The notes below the pieces were generated by a model, which worked only from the letters and a program-made list of their open reading frames with translations, did no database searches and was not told the DNA's origin. The position numbers and the translations under genes were made by a program. From assembly GCA_963667465.2 (NCBI GenBank), contig CAXXDN010000002.1:608001-672000 (forward strand): a stretch of DNA of 64,000 nt, given 5' to 3'. Source of the stretch: Dehalococcoidia bacterium (GTDB lineage Bacteria; Chloroflexota; Dehalococcoidia; UBA2979). Positions 58,398 to 64,000 of the stretch are shown piece by piece (within the stretch, counting starts at the first letter, position 1; each line of letters starts with the position of its first letter).

Positions 58398-59615
58398 GTG
58401 GACTTCGAGCCCGCCTATACGCCCGAGCAACGCGACTTCCGCACCGAGGTGCGCGCCTGGCTCGACGATCACGTCCCGCAGATCGAGGGCGACCAGGACT
58501 CCGACGAGAACTACGAGAAGTACCGCCAGCTCGGTCGCGACCTCGGCGCGCGCGGCTGGCTGCGCCCGACCGCTCCCGTGGAGTACGGCGGCGGTGGCCT
58601 CTCCGTCGACCACGCGATCGTGCTCGCCGAGGAGATGGATCGCCACGACCTGACGAGCCCGCCCTACTACGACAGCGGCGGCAGCCTCGGCGGGGCAAGC
58701 ATCCTCGTCTGGGGCAGCGAGGAGCAGAAGCTTCGCCTGTTGCCCCCGATCTTCCGCGGCGAGACCGTTACCTGGCAGCTGCTGACCGGCCCCGAGGCCG
58801 GCTCCGACCTCGCTTCGACCCAGACCGACGCCGTGCGCGACGGCGACGAGTACGTCATCAACGGCACCAAGGTCTTCATCGGCGGCTCGCACGGGGCCGA
58901 CTCGTTCTGGACGATCTGCCGCACGGACCGCGAGGGCGCGCGTCACCAGAACGTGAGCTGGTTCATGATCCCCTCGGACCTGCCGGGTATCACCGTCGAG
59001 CGCATGTACCTGCTCAGCGACGGCCGCGAGGGCATCGGACGCGGTTACAAGAACACGATCTACTTCGACAACGTGCGCGTGCCCGCGGAGAACCTCGTGG
59101 GCGGCGAGAACAACGGCTGGAAGGTCGCGAGCACCCACCTCGAGCTGGAGCACGGCTCTGGCGGGCGGATCGCGCGCAACGTCTGGTTCGAGCGCACGCG
59201 CGACCGCCTGCGCTCGCTGCCGGCGAACGGCGCCAACCCGCTCGAGAACGAGGAGACGCGCGGGCTGCTCGCCGACCTGTTCATGGAGACCGAGGTGCAG
59301 CGGCTCTTCGAGCTGCGCAACTTCTGGATGAACCGCACCCACCAGGACATGAGCTACGAGGGCCCGCAAGCCTCGTACTACCGCAAGATGAGCAACCTGC
59401 GCGCCTCGCAGATCATGCTCGAACTGCTCGGGCCGTACGCGTTGCTCAACGACGCGGAGTTCGACCCGACGGGAGGGCGCTTCGACTCCTACCTGCGCAA
59501 CGCGATCGTCGCGCTGCATCCGGGCGGGACGGCGGACATCCAGAAGGTGATCATGGCCCGCCGTATCGGCATCGGGCGCGGCGAGCGCGAACGCGCCGGC
59601 CGCACGGTCGAATAG
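58398..59615 (+). CDS. acyl-CoA dehydrogenase (catalytic-type subunit)
   Basis: FRTEVRAWL, EYGGGG, PEAGSDLAS, INGTKVF, FDNVRVP, GGTADIQ. Confidence 0.92.
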   Translation: MDFEPAYTPEQRDFRTEVRAWLDDHVPQIEGDQDSDENYEKYRQLGRDLGARGWLRPTAPVEYGGGGLSVDHAIVLAEEMDRHDLTSPPYYDSGGSLGGASILVWGSEEQKLRLLPPIFRGETVTWQLLTGPEAGSDLASTQTDAVRDGDEYVINGTKVFIGGSHGADSFWTICRTDREGARHQNVSWFMIPSDLPGITVERMYLLSDGREGIGRGYKNTIYFDNVRVPAENLVGGENNGWKVASTHLELEHGSGGRIARNVWFERTRDRLRSLPANGANPLENEETRGLLADLFMETEVQRLFELRNFWMNRTHQDMSYEGPQASYYRKMSNLRASQIMLELLGPYALLNDAEFDPTGGRFDSYLRNAIVALHPGGTADIQKVIMARRIGIGRGERERAGRTVE

Positions 59616-59625
59616 GCGGCCCGGC

Positions 59626-60774
59626 GTGGACCTCTCACTCAGCGAAGAGCAGCAACTCCTCAAGCAGGGCGTCGAGGACTTCGTCGCCCGCGAGGCGCCA
59701 CTCGCGGCGGTCGTCGAGCTGGCCGACAGCGAGCTTGGCTACTCGCCCGAGCACTACGCCCGCGTCGCCGAGCTCGGCTGGCTGGGCGCGGCGATCCCGG
59801 AGCGCTACGGCGGCTCCGGCCTCGGCCTGACGGACGCGGCCGTGCTCTTCGAGGCGTTCGGCTACGCGGCCCTGCCGGGACCGTTCATCTCATCGGGCGT
59901 CGTCTCCGCGCTGGTCGTCGAGGAGGCGGGGAGCGAGGAGCAGCGCGCCGAGCTGCTGCCGCGCATCGCCAGCGGCCAGGCGATTGCCGTGCTCGCGCTC
60001 ACGGAGCCCGGCTACAGCTGGGGGCCCGAGGGCGTGCACATGCGCGCCGCCACGAGCAACGGCGACTACGTGCTCGACGGCGTCAAGCTGTTTGTGCACG
60101 ACGCGATCGGCGCGACACACTTCATCACCGCCGTGCGCACTGGCGACGACGGTGCGCTGGCGTTGCTCGTCGTCGATGCCTCGGCGCCGGGCGTCTCCGT
60201 GCGCCGCCTGCAGGGCTTCACCGGCTCGGAGTGTGTCGTGCGCTTCGAGGGCGTGCGCGTGCCGGCCTCGGCGGCGCTCGGTGAGGGCGGTTCCGTGGAG
60301 GAGCCGCTCGATCGGGCGCTCACGAAGGGGGCGCCGGTGCTCTCCGCCTACCAGGTCGGTGGCGGTCAGGCGGCGTTCGAGCTGGCGGTGGACTACAGCC
60401 GCGAGCGCCGCCAGTTCGGCCAGCCGATCGGTCGCTTCCAGCACGTCCAGAACCACATCATCCAGCTCGTCAACCACGTCGACGCCTCGCGCTGGACAAC
60501 CTACGAGGCGCTGTGGCGGCACGACTCCGGCAAGCCGGGCGTCGAGGTCGCCTCGCATCTCGCGAAGGCGGTGACGAGCGAGGGCTTCGTGCATGCAGTG
60601 AACTACTCGCACGAGGTGCATGCCGGAGTCGGCGTGATGCACGAGTACGGGCTGACGCTCTACACGACGCTCTCGCGATCGCTCTACCACCAGCTGGGGA
60701 GCCCTCGTTACCACCGGCGGCGGCTCGCCGACCTGCTGGTCGACTACGACCTGGGGCCAGATCCGCTGGACTGA
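59626..60774 (+). CDS. acyl-CoA dehydrogenase (partner-type subunit)
   Basis: ELGW, GVKLFV, R.QFGQPIGRFQ, VHAGVG. Confidence 0.9.
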   Translation: MDLSLSEEQQLLKQGVEDFVAREAPLAAVVELADSELGYSPEHYARVAELGWLGAAIPERYGGSGLGLTDAAVLFEAFGYAALPGPFISSGVVSALVVEEAGSEEQRAELLPRIASGQAIAVLALTEPGYSWGPEGVHMRAATSNGDYVLDGVKLFVHDAIGATHFITAVRTGDDGALALLVVDASAPGVSVRRLQGFTGSECVVRFEGVRVPASAALGEGGSVEEPLDRALTKGAPVLSAYQVGGGQAAFELAVDYSRERRQFGQPIGRFQHVQNHIIQLVNHVDASRWTTYEALWRHDSGKPGVEVASHLAKAVTSEGFVHAVNYSHEVHAGVGVMHEYGLTLYTTLSRSLYHQLGSPRYHRRRLADLLVDYDLGPDPLD

Positions 60775-62090
60775 CTGTCGCTGGACTGACTGTCGCTGGA
60801 GTGACCCTCGCTCGGCGAACCCGGGTTGGGGAGACTCTCGCCCGACGGGCCACCTCGTGCCGCCGGGAGGTCTGCCCAGGCGGGGCGGCGGATCAGCATG
60901 ACCGCGATCATGCCCACGAACGTGCCGAACGCGAAGACCGTGAACACCGTGTGGTAGCTTCCGGTCACGTCGAACGACCAGCCCGCGAGCAGTGGAGCGG
61001 CGACGTTGACGGGCATCTGCAGCATCGAGACCAGGCCCCGCACCGTCGCGAATCGGCGCGTCCCGAAGTAGTCGGCGATCACCGCCATCTGCAGTACCAG
61101 CCAGGCGGCGTGGCCGAAGCCGAACGAGAGGTAGTAGACCGGTAGCAGCCACAGGCGGTCCGGGCTCACGTTCGCGAAGGCGAGGAATCCGATCCCCATC
61201 GCGGCAAACGAGAGCGTGAAGACGCGGCGGCGTCCAAAACGGTCGCCGACCCAGCCCGCGGAGATTCGCAGCACCAGCTGGCACGCGCCGTAGGCGCCGG
61301 TGATCAGCGCGGCAGCGCGAAGCGAAAATCCCGTCGCCTGGAGGTGCGGCACGAGGAAGACCGTCCAGGTGATGAGCACCGCCACGCCGAGCGCCGAGGC
61401 GACCGCCAGCAGGTAGAGCGCGGGCGTGCGCAGCGCCTCGGTCCCGCTCAGTCCGCCCTCGGAGATGGCGAGGCTGGACCGCGATCGCCGCGCCGTCTCG
61501 CCGTCGACCGTCAATCCGAGATCCTCGGGACGATCGCGCACGACGTAGGCGCTGATCATGCCCGCGATGAAGATCGCGACAGCGCCAATCGTGACGGTCG
61601 AGCGCCAGCCGATCGACTCGACGAGCAGCGCCAGCACCGGGGCGGCGAACCAGGCCGCCGCATTCCCGGCGTTCATCACCCCCGTGGCCCGGCCGCGCTT
61701 GGCCTCGAACCACTTCATGATCGCGGCGGGGAAGGCGGCGCCGGAGCCGATGCTGAGGCCGAACGACATCACGAGGCTCGCGACGTAGTAGTGCCACAGC
61801 TCCTGGGACTGGGCGAAGACAAGCAGGCCCACCGAGATGAAGATCGCCCCGGCGAACGCCATGCGCCGCGCCCCGACGACGTCGATCACCATTCCGGTGA
61901 GCGGCGCCAGCAGGCCCTGCTCGAAGCTGCGCAGCGAGAACCCGAAGGCGATCGCCGAAACGCTCCAGCCGAGCTCGTCGCGAATCGGCTCGATGAAGAT
62001 GCTCGCGCCGATCATGACGAAGCCGAGCACCAGGAAGTTGTTCGCCGACCCGGCGATCGCGATGTACCAGCCGTAGAAGAGCCGTGGCAT
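60744..62090 (-). CDS. MFS transporter (OFA/MCT-like)
   Basis: FYGW, F..PI..ELGWS, WF..KRGRA.G, DRFGRR, DYFG. Confidence 0.9.
   Translation of the reverse strand: MPRLFYGWYIAIAGSANNFLVLGFVMIGASIFIEPIRDELGWSVSAIAFGFSLRSFEQGLLAPLTGMVIDVVGARRMAFAGAIFISVGLLVFAQSQELWHYYVASLVMSFGLSIGSGAAFPAAIMKWFEAKRGRATGVMNAGNAAAWFAAPVLALLVESIGWRSTVTIGAVAIFIAGMISAYVVRDRPEDLGLTVDGETARRSRSSLAISEGGLSGTEALRTPALYLLAVASALGVAVLITWTVFLVPHLQATGFSLRAAALITGAYGACQLVLRISAGWVGDRFGRRRVFTLSFAAMGIGFLAFANVSPDRLWLLPVYYLSFGFGHAAWLVLQMAVIADYFGTRRFATVRGLVSMLQMPVNVAAPLLAGWSFDVTGSYHTVFTVFAFGTFVGMIAVMLIRRPAWADLPAARGGPSGESLPNPGSPSEGHSSDSQSSDSQSSGSGPRS
60764..60805. repeat. 15-bp tandem repeat (about 2.8 copies)
   Basis: CGCTGGACTGACTGT twice, then CGCTGGAGTGAC. 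Confidence 0.8.
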
Positions 62091-62212
62091 CGATGCATCG
62101 TGCCACGCCGGCCGCGCATCCGCCTCGTGCCTGAGCGCGAGCCGCCCTAGAATCGGCACGGCGCGGTCGCCGGCCAGCCGCCGCAACTTTCGGAACGGAG
62201 CAGGAGATTCCC

Positions 62213-63712
62213 GTGAGCGACTCGGAAGCGCACGACGGCGCCGGCCCGGACGGGCATCCCCTCGATGTGATCTTCCGCCCTCGCGGCGTCGCCGTCGTCG
62301 GGGTGTCCACCCAGCCCGGCCCGGACGGGCGGATGGGCGGCAACTTCCTCAACGCGCTGCTTGAGCTGGGCTACGACCGCGAGCACGCGCTCTACGCCGT
62401 CAACCCCAAGATGTCCGAGGTCCGCGGCGTGCCCTGCTACCCCTCCGTCCTCGAGATTCCGGACCCGCTCGACCACGTGATCTCGCAGATCCCCGCCGAG
62501 GGCGTCCCGCAACTCGTCGAGGACTGCATCCGGCGCGGCGTGCGCTCGCTGCACTTCTTCACGGCCGGGCTCTCCGAGACCGGCGACGAGGACCTCGCGC
62601 GCCAGGAGCAGGAGCTTGTCGCGCGCGCGCGCGCCGCCGGGATGCGGCTGATCGGCCCCAACTGCATGGGCCTCTACGCCCCCGGCCCGGGTCTTGCCTT
62701 CAACTCCGAGTCGCCCAGGGAGCATGGCAATGTCTTCTTGCTGTCGCAATCGGGGGCGAACGCTACGGGGATCATCAACGGGCTCGGCGCGCGCGGGCTG
62801 CGCTTCTCCAAGGGCGTCTCCTACGGCAACGCCGCCGACCTCAAGTCCCACGACTTCTTCGACTATGCGCTGCACGACCCGGAGACAGAGCTGGTCGTCG
62901 CCTACATCGAGGGGCCGCGCGACGGCCGGGCCTTCTTCGAGGCGTTGAAGGCGCTTGCGCGGGTCAAGCCGACGATCGTGCTCAAGGGCGGGATTACGGA
63001 GGACGGCGCCCGCGCCGCACGCTCCCACACCGGGTCGCTCGCCGGCTCGATCGACGTCTTCGACGCCGTCTGCCGGCAGGCGGGGGCGATGCGCGTGCGC
63101 ACACTCGACGACCTGCTCGACCTCGCCGTAGCGGCCACGACGGAGCTGCGCCACACCCGCGGGCGCAACGTCACACTGGTCGGCGCGGGCGGCGGCTACG
63201 CCGTGCTCTCCTCGGACCAAATGGCCATGGAGGGCCTGACCGTCCCGCCGCTGCCCGACGAGGTGCAGGACAGGCTGCACGAGTTCGTCCCGATCGCCGG
63301 CACCAGCGTGCGTAACCCCGTCGACGCCAACTTCGGGCGCGACCACCCGATGGACTTCCGCAGCGACACCGGCCTCACGCGCCGCGCCTTCGACCTGATC
63401 GCCGGCTCGCCGACGACGGACCTGATCTTCACGACCGTGGGTACGCGCTGGCACCCCGGCCAGGACCACTCGCGCGACGCGAGGCGGCGGCAGCTGGAAC
63501 TGACCGCCGACGAGCTCGACCGCGTCGCGCAGGAGCACCACGTGCCGATCGCGCTGATCCTGCGTGAGGCGAACATCGAGGACGCCGGCGAGCCCGCCTA
63601 CGAGCGCGGCGTCGCCGTCTTCCCGTCGCTGGAGCGGGCGGCGCGCGCCGTCGCCACACTGCTCGAGTGGCGCAGGCGGCGCGAGGGTCTGCCGGAGCTC
63701 TTCGAGCGCTAG
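62213..63712 (+). CDS. CoA-binding protein, ADP-forming acyl-CoA ligase alpha-subunit-like (copy 2)
   Basis: paralog of 34637..36157; IGPNCMG, SQSG, SHTGSLAG, NPVD. Confidence 0.87.
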   Translation: MSDSEAHDGAGPDGHPLDVIFRPRGVAVVGVSTQPGPDGRMGGNFLNALLELGYDREHALYAVNPKMSEVRGVPCYPSVLEIPDPLDHVISQIPAEGVPQLVEDCIRRGVRSLHFFTAGLSETGDEDLARQEQELVARARAAGMRLIGPNCMGLYAPGPGLAFNSESPREHGNVFLLSQSGANATGIINGLGARGLRFSKGVSYGNAADLKSHDFFDYALHDPETELVVAYIEGPRDGRAFFEALKALARVKPTIVLKGGITEDGARAARSHTGSLAGSIDVFDAVCRQAGAMRVRTLDDLLDLAVAATTELRHTRGRNVTLVGAGGGYAVLSSDQMAMEGLTVPPLPDEVQDRLHEFVPIAGTSVRNPVDANFGRDHPMDFRSDTGLTRRAFDLIAGSPTTDLIFTTVGTRWHPGQDHSRDARRRQLELTADELDRVAQEHHVPIALILREANIEDAGEPAYERGVAVFPSLERAARAVATLLEWRRRREGLPELFER

Positions 63713-63736
63713 GCGGCCCGGCCGCGAGGAGGCGCG

Positions 63737-64000
63737 ATGCCCACGATCGACGTCGTGATGCACGGCTCCGGTCTCAGCACGGACATTGGCGTCGTCGGCT
63801 TCTGCGCCGTCGTGCTGATCGAGGGCGAGCGGCGCATCCTCTTCGACTCGGCGCACGTCGGGCGGCGCGTCTACCTGGAGGAGCAGCTCGCCGAGCGCGG
63901 CCTGACGACGCGCGACATCGACGCGCAGGTGATGAGCCATGCCCACTGGGACCACGTTCAGAACGCCGACCTGTTCGATCACGCACCGCTGCTCGCCCAC
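63737..64000 (+). CDS. metallo-beta-lactamase-fold hydrolase, partial
   Basis: Translated manually: MPTIDVV...ILFDS...SHAHWDH; GAGGAGG RBS. Confidence 0.85.
   Translation, partial: MPTIDVVMHGSGLSTDIGVVGFCAVVLIEGERRILFDSAHVGRRVYLEEQLAERGLTTRDIDAQVMSHAHWDHVQNADLFDHAPLLAH

Overview
Very GC-rich, gene-dense bacterial DNA. Gene content (large Alu-type SRP RNA, DUF2298/TIGR03663 pair, luciferase-like monooxygenase, several crotonases and acyl-CoA dehydrogenases, NiSOD) suggests Chloroflexota, probably Dehalococcoidia; this is inference. Left half: SRP RNA-rsmA-ispE, PHP, dinG, a cca operon with two small C4HC3 zinc-finger paralogs, rnc-smc-ftsY, a GT-C/flippase membrane cluster, a TPP-riboswitch ABC operon, a decayed vapBC-like pair, nuoE/nuoF-like genes, a trypsin-like gene flanked by a 27-bp direct repeat, and mutS-mutL. 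Right half: mostly CoA-linked catabolic and hydrolytic enzymes plus sodN-sodX-xth. No tRNA, rRNA, CRISPR array, integrase or transposase was seen. Most notable: tandem PHD-finger-like proteins, the repeat-flanked protease cassette, an FeS-depleted HydB-like NuoF, an orphan AcsE-like methyltransferase, and probable near-cognate starts for mutS (CTG) and sodX (ACG). All family calls come from motif recognition by eye, with no database search.
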